Assembly: GCA_016748015.1 (NCBI GenBank)
Contig: JAAOMT010000523.1
Span: forward strand, 310,001-374,000
Length of the DNA stretch: 64,000 nt
Direction: 5' to 3'
Source: Geosiphon pyriformis uo1
Lineage: Eukaryota; Fungi; Glomeromycota
Shown piece by piece: positions 1 to 14,122 of the stretch. Positions within the stretch are counted from its first letter, which is position 1. Each line of letters starts with the position of its first letter. The notes beneath the pieces were generated by a model, which did not search any database, was not told where the DNA came from, and saw nothing but the letters and a program-made list of their open reading frames with translations. The position numbers and the translations under genes are program-made.

Positions 1-2768
1 TTAATTCCCTCGAACAAACAGGAAGCCCTTGATGCATTGAAGGAAATAATGGTTGATAGAGTTTTTGGCTCAGCTGGTAAGATTATATTTAGATGTGAAC
101 AATGATATATGCCGCGCAGCATTCAAGAAATTCACACAACTTATGAAATCTCGTGTAGGTGATGAGGTTGTCATTGAGGAATACCTTGAAGGTCAAGAAC
201 TGAGCGTATTAGCGTTTTCAGATGGATATACAATCGTGACTCTACCGCCAGCTCAAGATCATAAGCGCATTTATGATGGGGATATGGTGTTGTTTTTCAT
301 CGTATTTCCTCCTACACTTACATTATACTTTCAATTGATTATTCCTTTTGGGATATCTAGGGCCCTAATACAGGTGGGATGGGTTGCTATTGTCCAACAC
401 CTATTGCAACCCCAGAGCTTTTATATACAATAAAGCATACAATTCTTCAGCCAACTATTGTTGGAATGAGACGCGAGGGTGAGTTTTTGTTGTTAGAATT
501 ATGATTCCTTGATCAACGAGTAAATCTGAGCCCACTTTTTTTAGGCTTCCCCTTTGTCGGGATGTTGTTTACAGGTCTCATGATAACAGAATCGGGACCC
601 AAAGTTTTAGAATACAATATTCGCTTTGGGGATCCAGAGACAGAGGCGGTCTTGCCACTATTAGATGATAGTTGTGATTTAGCTGAAATCATGCTGGTAA
701 TATACTTTATCGTTTTTGCCAATTATATGACATCTGAATCATGTCTGAAAACATCTCGTCTTAGGCTTGTACTGAAGGAAGACTGGATTCTATATCCATC
801 TCCTTTAAAACAGGATTTGCTGCAACTATAATTGTTGCTGCTGGGGGTTATCCCGATAGTTATTCGAAAGGAAAAGAAATATCTTTTCAAAACATCCCAT
901 CAGGTATAAATCGAACAAGCTTTTCTTTTCAATTTGGAATCTCTGATTGAATTTTGTAAACATGTTTATCTAGAGGCATTGATTTTCCATGGTGGTACAA
1001 GTATGTCAAATGGTAAATTATACTCTTCAGGAGGTCGAGTTGTCGCTGTTTCTGGTGTTGCTGATACACTGAGGGAAGCAGTAGACAAAGCCTACGAAAC
1101 TGTGAAATTAGTCAAATTTGAAGACATGTATTACAGAAAAGATATCGCACATCGGTGAATGTCGAAATGTATCAATTATTTTAATTAAAAATCTTGGGAC
1201 TAAAAAAGATTATTTTTTTTTTAGTGCATTTACTTACCTCGAACACATAACATCTGAAGTGAAAATTATGACTTATGAATCTGCTGGAGTCTCAGTAGAC
1301 TCGGGGAATCAGTTGGTAGAAGAAATTAAACAAATTATAAAAACAACTAAACGTCCTGGGTCAGATTCAGAGATTGGTGGGTTTGGAGGTTTATTCGATT
1401 TGAGCGCAGCTGGGTATCAAAATCCCATTCTTGTTTCAGCAACGGATGGTGTTGGGACTAAACTAAAAATTGCTCAGGCTGTTGGAAAATACGACACTAT
1501 TGGTTTGTACTTTTCTGTGGATATCAAGAATCATCGTGTATCATGTCTCACCTTCCTTTTCAAAAAATTTGACGATCTGCATTGTTTAATAAGAGAGACA
1601 AAAAGTTTGCACGCAAATTGACTTGTCAGGATTTCATTGATCTTTGAACACAAATATTTCTTTATTCGAAGAGGTTAAAGCTCCCCTAGTTCGACCTGCG
1701 AGTTTGAGTGTGAATTAGAAACTCAATTGGTTGATCTGGCGGGTGAGACTGCACACCGTGACAAACAATGCTGGAGATTTCCAGGACTCAAAATGATTTT
1801 AAACTTTTACAGGCATAGATCTCGTAGCAATGAGCGTCAACGATGTTATTGTTCAGGGCGCCGAACCTCTTTTTTTTCTGGATTATTATGCATGTGGTCA
1901 TTTAGAAATCGACGTTGTCAAGGATGTGATAGCTGGTGTTGTCGAGGGGTGTCGTCGATCTGGTTGCGCTTTAATTGGAGGGGAAACTGCAGAAATGCCC
2001 GGTCTTTACAATAAAGGCCAGTATTGTTTTTAAATAGGTTCATTTGGTCTGGAATTTGAAATAAACGAGCTTATAATGCTTCTTTCAGGCGATTTCGATT
2101 TAGCTGGATTTGCTGTAGGGGCTGTTGAACGACATGCTATCCTTCCTCGCATTGGTGATATTAAGGTTGATGATATCATTCTGGGAATTGCCTCCTCAGG
2201 AGTGCACTCTAATGGATTCTCCTTAATCCGCAAGGTCGTCACGGAAAAAAACTTCGAATATTCAGCATCTTGTCCATGGGATTCTGCTATGTCTCTCGGA
2301 GAAGCTTTCCTCACTCCAACTAAAATTTATGTCAAGCAATTGCTACCTTTGATCAAGAAAGGAATTGTTAAAGCAATGGCTCACATAACAGGGGGTGGAC
2401 TCGTTGACAATATTCCACGAGTATTGCCTGAAAATTTGGGTGCCACAATCAATGCCACTGCATGGAAATTACCCCCGGTATTTAGCTGGTTGGCAAAAAA
2501 TGGGAATATTCCTTTTGGTACGTGATTCTTTGATTTAACCGGCTTCAGCGCGTAATTTTTCTAATCCAAAATGAATTTCTTAGAAGAACTATTTCGAACA
2601 TTCAATTGCGGTATTGGTATCATCCTTGTAGTATCGTCAAATAATATTTCAGAGACGAAAAACCTTCTTCAAGTATACAACGAGAATGTCTATACCATTG
2701 GCCGATTGGTGTCGATGCAGGAAAATAATACACGCGTTGTTATTCAGGGTACTATTGAAAACTTGTAA
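1..2768 (+). CDS. ADE5,7: Bifunctional phosphoribosylamine-glycine ligase / phosphoribosylformylglycinamidine cyclo-ligase (GARS-AIRS), 5'-partial. Exons <1-76, 159-286, 361-478, 545-696, 765-903, 974-1154, 1225-1502, 1813-2016, 2089-2517, 2584-2768
   Basis: GARS motifs [53 protein letters not shown], then AIRS motifs [60 protein letters not shown]. Splice junctions traced by hand keep the frame open to TAA at 2766-2768. Confidence 0.96.
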
Positions 2769-2922
2769 AAAGGTGAATTCTTCTAAAACGTATAATTTTG
2801 TTATGATCTTTATGATACGTCTTTGAGAAGTAATCTTTTAAAAGCTGAAGGGTATTATAAATATTATACATATACAAATGAAAAATGACCTATTATTTGA
2901 AGAATTAATCGAATGAGGTTAG

Positions 2923-4666
2923 CTAAAAAAAGAAATGCCCAATCCCTACGACACCAATTGTCCAAACCCAAGATCCAAATAGCCAAATATTTACAGTTAG
3001 TATCATCCTATAAGCAGAAGAGATTTTTTCCCATTCCAACCCCATTGAATTACAAAAACTGGCAGTTTCATTTTTGGCCTTATTTCCGGATTTCATTTCC
3101 GCATAACTAGCATTCAATGTCATTTGCTTTAGCGGGCAATTAAAATTCAAGAAAGGCGGACAAGATTGTACAACCCTGTAACAAAGATCAATACAAGGCA
3201 AGACTTCCTTATAAGGGCCCGGTTTTAGGATCTTGTCAATATCGTGAACACGACTTGAATTTAATGCGACCAAGCGTCCCTCATCAACACCATTTACATC
3301 AGTACAACGTGGCATTGTTACGGCGCAAAGCCAATTATTATAATCCTCCTTACAATCGCCACAGTTGCGCACCAAAGAGTAGGTGGTGTTACAATCAAAT
3401 TGATTAAGAGTAGTGGTGAAGTTGCCCCATAAAGGTTGCACTATTTTATTGTAAGATTCTACGATTTCCTCATATGTATGAGAATTGTTTGCAGGTACAG
3501 CATACGCTACTTTGTTGCAAAATTCAAGATTATAAAGCAATCTACAGTTGTTCGCTAAATAACAACAACGAAGGCCCAAATCAATATTGATTCAAAATTG
3601 AACGACGATAGCGAAACGAAATGACTCACAAATTTTTGTTTTCGCTCTTATTGGTTTCCACATTGTTGTGACTCTTCCTTGAGTTAAAGCTGGATAAATC
3701 ATATACTCCGTGGCATTTTGTAAGTTGCTAAAATATAACAATTGCCCTATCGTATTACTCGGGTGTCGAACAGTCGTTGATGTGAATCCTAATTTCGAAA
3801 AAATTTTGTTCACAGCGCATTTTGAATTTGATAGACCTTGTGTACCATTTTTTGGAACTATGTAAGCTGTATAGTTTTGCATATTATCAGCAGCCTCGAT
3901 TGCCGTGACGAGGGCGGTATTATTATCAGTGTCATCCAAATAAAATATACTCGTGTCATTATAAATATTAAGATACCCTGTAAAAGGTTCATCGTATTAA
4001 AAAAATTTTGAATGTTTCCCCCGAAAAAGAAATCTGCTTACCTTGCAAAGAAGCTCCTAACTCGAAAGTAAAGTCACCTTTTGGTTCATTTGGAGCATAA
4101 ATACTTATATAAACTCCCGTTTGGTCATCTTGAATGGAAAAATTCAGAAATCCATATCCTTCATCCAAAATAACTTTCGACCCATGATTTGGTCCTGGAA
4201 ATTCATTATGAGACACATAAAAAACTAATTGTAGTAATTCAGAAGCCCAACTCGGGCTTGAACACGTTGTTAATGATATGTACAAGACTTTGTTTTCCTT
4301 TTGTTGAATATTTTTTTCAATGCTGGCTGATGATGTTGTTGATGCTTTAAAAGTTAAACTACTCTGGGAAACAGCATCGATAGACGCAGAACTTTGCTTT
4401 GGTATAGAGCCTTTTCCGGGAGTTGCGCGAGCAAATAATGACTTCAAACCACCAGTTTTGTCAGATAGAAGAGGGAAATAAAAAGTTCGAGATGAATTAA
4501 CCCCAGCGGTTATGTTCCCATATTCCACTTTGCCATCTGATAAAGGTATTGTTAATCCAGGCTGGGCGAAAATTCTAGGAATGAACGTACATATTAATAA
4601 TAAAATAATTTTTGTACTGAGTTGCAGTGCCCCCTTTCCCAAAGCTGCTCTTAATGGGGTTTTCAT
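2923..4666 (-). CDS. MID1: Mid1-like stretch-activated Ca2+ channel regulatory subunit. Exons 4666-4042, 3977-3630, 3554-2923 (about 534 aa)
   Basis: N-terminal hydrophobic signal (KIILLLICTFIPRIFA), LYISLTTC, LDDTDNNTAL, NCRLLYNLEFCNKVAYAVP, YSLVRNCGDCKEDYNNWLCAVTMPRC, YKEVLPCIDLCYRVVQSCP and many N-x-S/T sites. GT-AG introns at 4041-3978 and 3629-3555 join in frame. Hydrophobic C-terminus. Confidence 0.9.
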
Positions 4667-5813
4667 TGTTTTTAAACTATAAATTAAAGGTGAAGGCAAG
4701 CTTCGGCTCCGTTTTAAAACACCTTCCCCATCGTTACAGCCACTGTAATACGGAAACAAGCGTGTGACTTGGTTTTCTTGGCATATCATAGATACTTTTT
4801 TTCGGTGTCCCTTTTTGAATTTACAGTTGGAAAGGATGTTCGCGAATGTTTGGTTGTCTGTATATTGCGAAAAGACTAGGATAAAATTTTTATTTAACTG
4901 TTTATTCCCATTACATTTAAAGTTATCATGTGTCGCGTCAGCTTTAAACATGACGCCACAAATGCTGAGAGTGTTTAAAATATTTGAATAATAATTACTA
5001 AATATATTAAAATAATTTGTACAAAAACATTATTTAATAAAAATATTAATATAGTACTAACACTAATTATAATGCTTAATCTTATTCTGGTTGTAAACAA
5101 TAACCTTTTTCTGTTTTGAATAATAGCAACAACACATCTGCCAATTTTAATTTGAATTAGCAATTGGCTTTATTGGTTAATGTAATAAATTTTGGTTAAC
5201 TATTGTCAGTTTTAAAAGCAAAAAAAGTTATATTCTAATATACATTTTTTTTAATCAACTTATTATATTATTTGATTAAAAATATTATTGGTTTTAATAG
5301 TATTTAAAAACAATTATTAATTATTAAGTAAATAATTTTTATTTTGGTTCTTAATATTATTATAAAAATTAAAATAATTTATATTAAAACTGTGTTTTAA
5401 TTTTTGTATGTTTTATTAATATTAAATTAAATATAAAAAACTTTTTTGTATAAATTTGTATTTTAAAATTTTTTAATATTGTTGCTAATATTAAACTTGT
5501 TAATTTTTTTTGCTATTTTTAAAATTATTAAGTTTTTTTATAATTTGTGTTGTAATTTTTATTTTTGCTGTTGTAATTTTTTATTTTATTATTATTTTAA
5601 TGTATAATCTAATTATTATTTAATAAAATATAATTATAAAATATTTTAAATTAAACATAATTTATATGTTTTTTATATATAATTAAATACAAATTTAATT
5701 TAAGCTAAATTATATTAAATCTATAAAAACAAACTTACTTAAAACAATTATTTAATATATAATTATAATTAAATTATTATTATTAAAAACCAAACAAAAG
5801 TTTTATTAATAAT

Positions 5814-6155
5814 ATGCATCACATATTTATGGAAAAAAATGGCCTGATCCCAATAGATAGCTCAATCCTCATCTCAGTGTTTGGTTTGGTTTCGGAATTT
5901 TTGGCTGATGTGATTAAATTGCTTGGTATTGCTGAAGCTTTTGGTGTTCATTTTGGCTTTCACAAGTTTTGTTTGTTTTTTTCAGGTGTTGGTGACCTGG
6001 TTTTTGTCAATATAAGTGCATAGTGTTGTTCTGACTGGCTCGAATGGCTGGTTACGTGTAGAAAATGCATGATTTACACTTAGTTTAGATTATTTTTTTA
6101 ATGTATAGTTCTAAGTAGTGTTTGGATTTCACTTGTTAAATAAATAAATAAAAAA
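5814..6155 (+). mobile_element. 5'-truncated LINE 3'-end fragment (end of ORF2, 3' UTR, A-rich tail)
   Basis: HHIFMEKNGLIP...FGFHKFCLFFSGVGDLVFVNISA* matches the ORF2 C-terminus of the copy at 52098-52451. The family 3' UTR and A-rich tail follow. Confidence 0.85.
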
Positions 6156-6307
6156 ATAATATATTAATATTAAAAATTAAAAGTTCTTAAAATATTATTA
6201 TTTTTGTCAAAATTTTTATATTTACAAAAATATTCAAGTCTTTATTAAACATATTTTTATTATTATTTATATTATATTTTAATTTTAAACTTGTTATTTT
6301 TTGCTTA

Positions 6308-9300
6308 TTTTATTTATTTATTTATTTCAGTTTTAATAAATACAGCCCAATTACTATCTAGTATACAGAATCAAAATTGTGAACTTCAGCTAGATGTAAT
6401 TCATGTGTTTACTACATGTAACTAGTCACTCAAACTAATTAAAGCAATACTACACATCTATATAAACAGATATTATATTAACTGAACCAGAAAAAAACAA
6501 ACAAGACTTATGGAAACCAAAACTCACTCCAAAAGAATCTTCAATACTAATCAATCTAACTATGTCATCCAACAAACCTCATACTGAGCCACAATATACC
6601 AAAGGTAACACTCCCAAATCACTGACCAAATTGTCTCTCTCTATATTAGCTCTAAATCTGGATCTGAACTCCTACAACTCAGAATGATGATGCACACCCA
6701 CATTTTGCACAAAGTCAACTAAAATTCAGACAGCCTCTTTGCGATCTTCAAATATTTACATAGCTTTTTCAAACCACTCTATCAGCACAAAGCTCTTATA
6801 AAGAAGAGCATATAGACCAATATTAGACACACATGAGAGAAGAGATTCTGAGACCACAAAAGGAATTGGAAAACGAGAACTAGTTAAAGACCTCCAAACT
6901 AACACATATTCAAAAAAAATCTTCTTATGGAAGACAGATTTCTTACTATAGGTAAACACATGATCAGAGAATTCAACTTTTTCACAGTGTAAACACAAAA
7001 CACCAGGGTAGTTCTTGTCATAAAGCTTTTTTCTAACTGCAACAGGCAGTTTGTCATACACAGCTTTCATAAAATAGGAGCACAGACCAGCTGAATTTTT
7101 ACTTATAGAACCTGATAACATACCCAAATTTAGATGCCAAACAGCCATAGTCCTAACCCAATCAATATTACAAACTGAAAAACCACCCAGAATCTTAGAA
7201 CCAGGACCAATTTCTTAGCACATGTAATTCACAGATCTAAAAATATCCTGGATAAAATAATAAATGTTACCAGAAATTGACATGCCATTGGCCATCATAA
7301 AGTGCTCATGTACATTAGTTGGCAGCAGCAAAGAGGAGTAAGCAAAAGTACATGCCAACACATCTACACAAACATTATTTAGTACACCAGAGTGTCTCTT
7401 GACCTTTAACCAGCTAACAAAAATGTCTTTTTGAATAATCAAATTCACAATATGTCTCCTCTTCATTCAACAACAATTATGAAAATTAGGGCCACCCGAT
7501 CTTAATTTCAAAACACACACATCTAAAGCAGCTTGGCTGTCCAAGCACATCTCTACTAAACAAGAGAAAGGTACACACTCCAGCATCAAAACAACAGCCT
7601 GCAGCTCAGCCATCATAGAAGACAAAAGACCCACAACTCCAACCCTAATATCCAATCCAATCTTAGAAAAAAACACTGCAGCACTTCCAATCACATCAAC
7701 AAAACCAAACTCTTTCAAAGAGCTATCTGTAAAAACAAAAATAGAATCTGACCAGATCTCAAGCAGACCATTTTTAACAACAAAAAACTGATCCAAAAGC
7801 AAAACATTATTGACATTTACCAAAGAGTTGCTATTGGGCAGTGTTGACAAAAAAATCTTATTATGCAAGAATCTTAATATTAAGATAAACCAAAAAGGTA
7901 CAGGTTCCTTGGAGTCCAGTTTTTTCCAATGTCAGAATGTTTGCCAATCCAGAACCTTATTGCATTTGTCTAAAAGTCTATCACAGAAAGCTACACCAAA
8001 TTTCCTCAAAAAACTAATCTGATCATAGTACAAAAAAAGTCTTAAGACATTAGAGACAAAATATTTGCCAGGACTAAGAAAAGCACTAGGCAAATTGTTC
8101 ACTATAAAAATATTATTGACTAAAAAAATACACACAATCTCAGCCAGAAAATTGTTAGAAAGACCAACATACAGCCTCACAGAATACTGTAGAGGATTAA
8201 GAGGGGCCCAACTCAAAATCTGCAAATCCAGAAAATGGTGCTTAAAAAGCCAACCAACAACCTCAGAAGAATTAGAAAAACTTATGACAGAAGCAAACTT
8301 CCTTTCAGCTTGAACTTGTTTGAATGTTTTTAGACCATAGAGTAAAAGATGATAAAGCACCTCATTTGGAAAATTTCAGAACAAACCAGTTTTTGATTTG
8401 AAGCCCTTCCTAACCAAAGCATTTCAGTATTAACAAACAGCAGAAGAGACAAAACTAAACTGAATATGATAGCTAACAATAGGCTGAAGAACAGCTGATA
8501 CCAAATATATGAATTGCTTGTCTGAAATAGCTTTACACAGCACCATATTGGAAAAAAACTTGACATTAGACTGAGCTTTAGCCAAGCTGGGCTTAAACAA
8601 ATCATTAGTCAACAAGAATATACCTAAGTATCTATGAGACACATCACATTTGGCAATCAAAATAGGCAACTTACTGATCCTGAGAACAGCATTCTGAACT
8701 CTTTGGTTAATAGAAATGGCCACCATTTTGTCATTATTAATCAAAATATCATTAATTACAAAGAACTTATTAGCAACATTCAATATAAATTGTGTAACAG
8801 CCTGACTACTCTCAACCCAGATAGTATCATTGACAAAAGTACCAGCTGTAAAGAAAGAAGTTATTTCACCTACATTGTTTATTCTGCCTAATTTGGCCAC
8901 AAACTTGATGTCAATCTGGTAGTCACATATACTCTCCTGTCTTTTAACCTCACACAATAAAGGGTTATAGAAGATCTGCCAAAGAAAGAGAGAGAACACT
9001 TTACCTTGATCAAGACTATTCAGCACTTGGTAATCATCCAAAAGACCAAAATTTGTCATAACATGGTTCAATCTATTTTTATAAATCCCACCAAAAAACT
9101 TAATAAATCTGTTACACATTTTGATGCACCACAAACTAGTCTCCAAATGGTGCCAGCCAACTAAGTCATATGTTTTGCGCATATTCTATAAAACTAACCA
9201 AACCTCTTTGCCTTTCTCTAAAGCATCTTTTACCACTAAACCAACAGCAAAAATGAGAGATTGTGTAGAGATACCACAAAAAATGGAAAAATTATTCCTA

Positions 9301-12300
9301 TGCAACACCCCAAACTTACTGCAAGTAAGAGAAATTCAATCCAAAAAGATCTTAGAAAGAATCTTGTAAACAGTGTTACTGAAGGTTTTTGGTCTTTTTT
9401 CTTGAATGTTGTAAATGTCTGTTGGTTGCAAATTCACGTTTTCTAGAAGTAGTTGAACCTTCAATAACTGAATTTATCTTCAAATTATTTCCTATAATTT
9501 GAACTGCTGAGCTTGTGAGTAGAATGGCCAATTCTGTGCCAGTTACTTTATGTAGTTACATTGTAGTAAACATCAACTTTTTCCCAGGAATTGCTCATCT
9601 AAAAGCTTATCAAAATGTGTAGTTATTTTGCTGTGAAAGTCAACTCTTCTACAGAAATCTTGTCTGTAGGCTACCCTAATGATTATAGTAAGAAAATAAA
9701 AAAAAATAAAAGAAATGTAAAAGAAATTGAATTTTGTCAAGGGAAATGTTTTCTATCTAGACCTGAAGTCACTAACAGTTTACTGAAATTGGTAGTTAAT
9801 CAATTTCAAAACGTTAGTTGGGTTTTGGGGATTTTCCAAGTGCAATAATTAAAGAATTTGGTTTTTCAAATTATTTGATATTTATTTTTTTTTGTGTGTG
9901 TAGAAATGGTTTTAAGTGATAAATCTAAAGTAAGATATATTTTCTTGAAGAGAAAAGCTCTTCTTTTATACAACTTGTTGTAGTACTAGTCTATGAACTT
10001 GCACTTTTTCTCTTTGCTCAAATTTTGACAAACTAAAGATACATTTTGATGAACTACAAGTTATTTTGCTGAACTATTAATTAATTTGGATGAACTATTC
10101 ATAATTTCGGCGAATTTCTATAAATTTTGGTGAATTTCTTATAAATTTCGGCAAATTTCTGTAAATTTCGGCGAATTTTTGAATGTTACAAAGTTCAGGG
10201 TATTGTGTAATTTGATCATCCTACTTTCTGTTATACTAATTGGATTATTTAATTGAATTGTGATATGTGATAATTGATTAAATAATAAATGATAATTTGA
10301 AATGATATTAATATACTAATTAATTATAGGAATTATAAGAGTAATTTCATGCTAATTAATAGCTAAAATTCTACTGGTAACAACAGTTTTTAGTAGAGCA
10401 ATAGGGCAAGTATTTGTCAAAACACCATTCTAATTATAAGGTTTAGATATTATAGAGACTTATGTCTTTCTCCACAAAACTGGAACTATGCTCATTCTTA
10501 GGCACAAATTTAAGAGATCCAACAACTTCTGAGAATGACTTCATTACAATGCTTCCATAATTTATTAGGAATACCACTAAGACCAGCAGTTTTCCCATCT
10601 GGTAAATGTTTGACAACCTAAAAAAGCTCATTAAAACCAATAACATTCATAACACCAGAGAAAGTATTATTATCTACATATTCTAAAGGAGCATACTGAT
10701 AAGACCAAGAAACAGAAAGGGGTGTAAACACTGACTGTTCTCTGGTCTATTTTTCCATTATCACATTAACTTTGGATTTAACTTCACCAGGATCTAAAAC
10801 AAGTTCATCATCTACCACCAAATAGTCAAAGACCACCTTGTAAAAAGACTTATCCAAAATACTTTTGATCATACAACCTTTGTTTATGCAAAAATTTTCC
10901 ATCTTTTTATCAATGGTATGCCTAATTGCTGTAACTTCAACAGCCTTAAACTTATGCATCTTGGAACAATGGTAACTTTTCTTAAATCTGGACAGACAAA
11001 CAAAAATTTCTATACTGCTGGCACTATTATTTATTATGTTTCAAACTTCAAGAGCCTTATTTTCATTAGCAATTAACCAAGCATTGAGAAGAAAACCAGT
11101 TCTAGAAGCATTACCAAACTGAAGAAACTTCACCAATTTAGTAACCAGTAGTTCCAGTTTAAAAAATTTTAAAGATTGTTTGTTAGAAAAACATTTGATC
11201 TTATGAAACCAATGTCTAAAGAATGTTTTATTAGCTGAATCAACCAACACCTTCACCAACAAGAACCACATAGAATCAAAATTTCTGCCAACACTAGTGA
11301 CCAAAAACTCATTAATTATGGAAGAAAACTTAACTAAAGAACAATCCTTAAAATGAGCTTATTTGAGACTGTCTGCATCTGCAATTTTGAACTTCCATCA
11401 ATTTTTATTAGCTTGCTTGTGCAAACTATTTAAATAAACATCTAAAAGCTCACCCAGACCAACTAACACCACAACAGCCTTGTGATTAGTGTTAAAATAA
11501 TCAGAGACAGAAGCAACAATCTGACCAGCAACTGTCAAAGACAAACTATCACTAACAAAAATGTAATTAATTGTTTTTTCAACACATCTTAAATTGCTCC
11601 ATGTTGGAGCCCTGACCAACTGGTGTGCACCAAATAAGTTGGCCAAACCCAGATCCAAACAGAACCTAAAACTTGCACTTTTCTTAGAATCATTCTCATT
11701 GAAGTTACCATTCAAGACCACAAAAATACTGGAGTTCAGAGCCCTTACAATAAAAGAGTTGATTTTCACAGCCTGACCAAATCTAGTTCTAGAGAATGCA
11801 CCAGCATATAAACCCAAAACTGTAACTAAGAGTTTGTTTTTAAAGAGGAGACACACTGAAATAACCCGACCAGGGACTTCCTTAACCTTAGAAACATGGC
11901 AGACCAAAAAATTGTTCATAATAATGGCCATTCCAGCATCAAGAAATTTTTTGTCCAAACCAGATGAAAAAATTCTGATACCATTAAACTTGTTCATAAT
12001 TCAAGGTCTACAACCAGACTTCAACTTTGTTTCAATAACAATTGAGACCATATTTCTAGATTCTACATGCCAATACACAATGTTCTTCTGCTTTGTAGAA
12101 TTGTTTATGCCTTTGATGTTACATGTTGCAATCTTCTAGGCTAACTCACTTATTGAGAAAGAAATTGGAAGTGCATGCTACCAGCCAGGACCAGACTGTC
12201 AAGATAAGCTGACAAACTCAAAACTGAAGTGGAAAGACTCTCCAACATATTTTCAAATTTAACCATATTAAGGGGGGAAGAAGATTTCAAAAATGCAGCA

Positions 12301-14122
12301 GTCTTATTATTAGTGATTACACTTGAGCCCTCACCCATCACTATATTGCCCATCTGATTCTGTGAAGAGGGAGTTATCAGCAACTAAAATCCAGAGCTAG
12401 ACTGAGAAACTGCTGGCACAAGTGAATCTAATCTCTTAGCCAACTCACTAATCTGTCCCATAAGACTAGTAAGACTGCTTTCCAAAACAGCAAACTTTTT
12501 TTCAATGTCCAATGTAACAGGGAGAGTAGACTTCATTTCTGAAGAGGAGCCAAGATTGACTAAACTATTCTTTACAGAAAGAGAAAGAAACAAAGATCCA
12601 CTAGCTATTTTTGCTCATGAAATCCCACCAAAAGCAACAAGATCAGCAATGGGAGCTGAATGCTTGAAATAAATGGCAGCCAACCTGCTTTTATCTATGT
12701 CTGAAAGTAACATATGAGATGGCTTACCAGAATACAAACTTCCACACACAGAACAGCCTAATGATGTATGTCCTATTTTCTCATACTTGGTGTACTTAGA
12801 AAAATCTAGACAAGACCACCACAAATTAGCTCCTCTCAACACAGATGTGGTTTCTATAACAGCATTCAAAGATTCAGCTAAATTAAAACAAACAATAGCA
12901 CATTTGGTCTGAGCATATGTGATAGAATGTTGGTTGATCATACATGTTTTTTTACTCACAGAACCAATAAAATCCCAAATGTCATGAGCATTTGTTTTCA
13001 CAGGAAAAGTATAGAGCAGTGTTCTATAATTGTCTCTTACATCTCATAATTCCTTGTCCATATCAGACCTAGTAACACACACTGCATTCTTTCCAATTAA
13101 GATAAACCAATTTGCTGCAACCAAATCAGCATGATTAACCTGGTTAAATTCAACTATTGTTTTTTGCCACAGCCTTACTAATTACATCTTGATTGACTTG
13201 ATTGATCCAAATTCAGATAGTGCAGCATGCACAGCCTTAATTGATGTTTCAACTGGAATTTCTTTCAACACCACAGCCCGATCTGAATGCTCAACAGATT
13301 TTTTGAAATCAGCATTAACCAAAATATTTGCACTAGTAGTCTTTTCAGTAGCTTTTATCAAACCCAATTCAGAAGTGAACATTGCTTGGATGATTCCAGA
13401 AAATTTTGAGGGAGTAGAGACGCCCCCAAAACCATTAATACCTGAAAATGGTTTTCTAACCACTAAAAGTTTTTCTTGAAAAGAATTTCCAGACACCTTG
13501 TCCAAGCCAATATCCAAAGCAAATGATTTTCAAACCGGAATGTTAACCAAAGCTTTCAAGAAAGGGAGAAGCATCAAAGAAGTGTTTAACAAAATGTTAT
13601 CACCATTGTTATCTAAGAAGTTGATTTTCTCCAAAAGTTTTCTTAATGCTCTCTTAATCAGAATTTTTGAGCTTTTAGACATTTGTTCTGAGTTCTCTCC
13701 AGCAAAAGCACTACTCTCTTCATAATCAAAACTGGTTTTCTCAACTAAAAATTCCTCCTCCATGTCCACATTATCTGATTCAGTGGTATCACTAGTCTTA
13801 AAACCCCAAGAACAATTATTTAACACTCTAGTAGCAGCAATCTTTCTGTTATCAACACTATCTTCCAAAGCACTATTTCTTCTTTTCTTTTTGGACTCAA
13901 CAGATTTGACATCAACATTAGGACCAGACTCTATGATAGACTTATTCAGAACAGCAATACTAGAGTTAACAATGGCCTTATAATCAAGCAAAAACAGTTT
14001 GGATTTATCATACTAAATGATGAAAAAACTTCTTTTAAAAAACTTCTTTTAAAAAACTTTTTGATTCTTTATTTTAGGGATTTTGGGACAAAGAAGAGAA
14101 AGAAGTTTTTATTTTTTTTAAC
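6308..14122 (-). mobile_element. Full-length degenerate LINE (copy B), interrupted by a solo LTR at 9374-10382
   Basis: ORF1 fragments 13991-12150, APE 12140-11400 (KIATCNIKG, IRIFSSGLD), RT 9360-8430 (FVNDTIW), RNase H 7868-7215 (VFTDSSL, WLKVKRHSG), zinc finger CLHCEKVEFSDHVF, then 3' UTR and tail. 5' UTR matches 59030-59127. Candidate TSD TTTTTGCTTA at 6298-6307 and 14123-14132. Confidence 0.9.
9374..10382 (-). mobile_element. Solo LTR of Gypsy family A (1009 bp)
   Basis: TGTTAC...GTAACA termini and colinear with LTRs 16766-17746 and 35797-36776. TSD ACAG at 9370-9373 and 10383-10386. Removing it restores the host LINE RT frame (PIALLKTVYKILS). Confidence 0.95.

Noticed and set aside
1725-1765. 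TPP-riboswitch-like TGATCTGG in the long ADE5,7 intron
   Set aside because: Lacks an upstream CUGAGA element and the P5 loop/CCAGCG pairing in the required order.
4667-4951. 95-aa in-frame N-terminal extension of MID1 from ATG 4951
   Set aside because: It would bury the signal peptide and shows no Mid1-like features; ATG 4666 is preferred, though not proven.
10040-10185. Regularly spaced repeats that superficially resemble a CRISPR array
   Set aside because: Degenerate tandem units without unique spacers, inside a eukaryotic LTR, with no cas genes.
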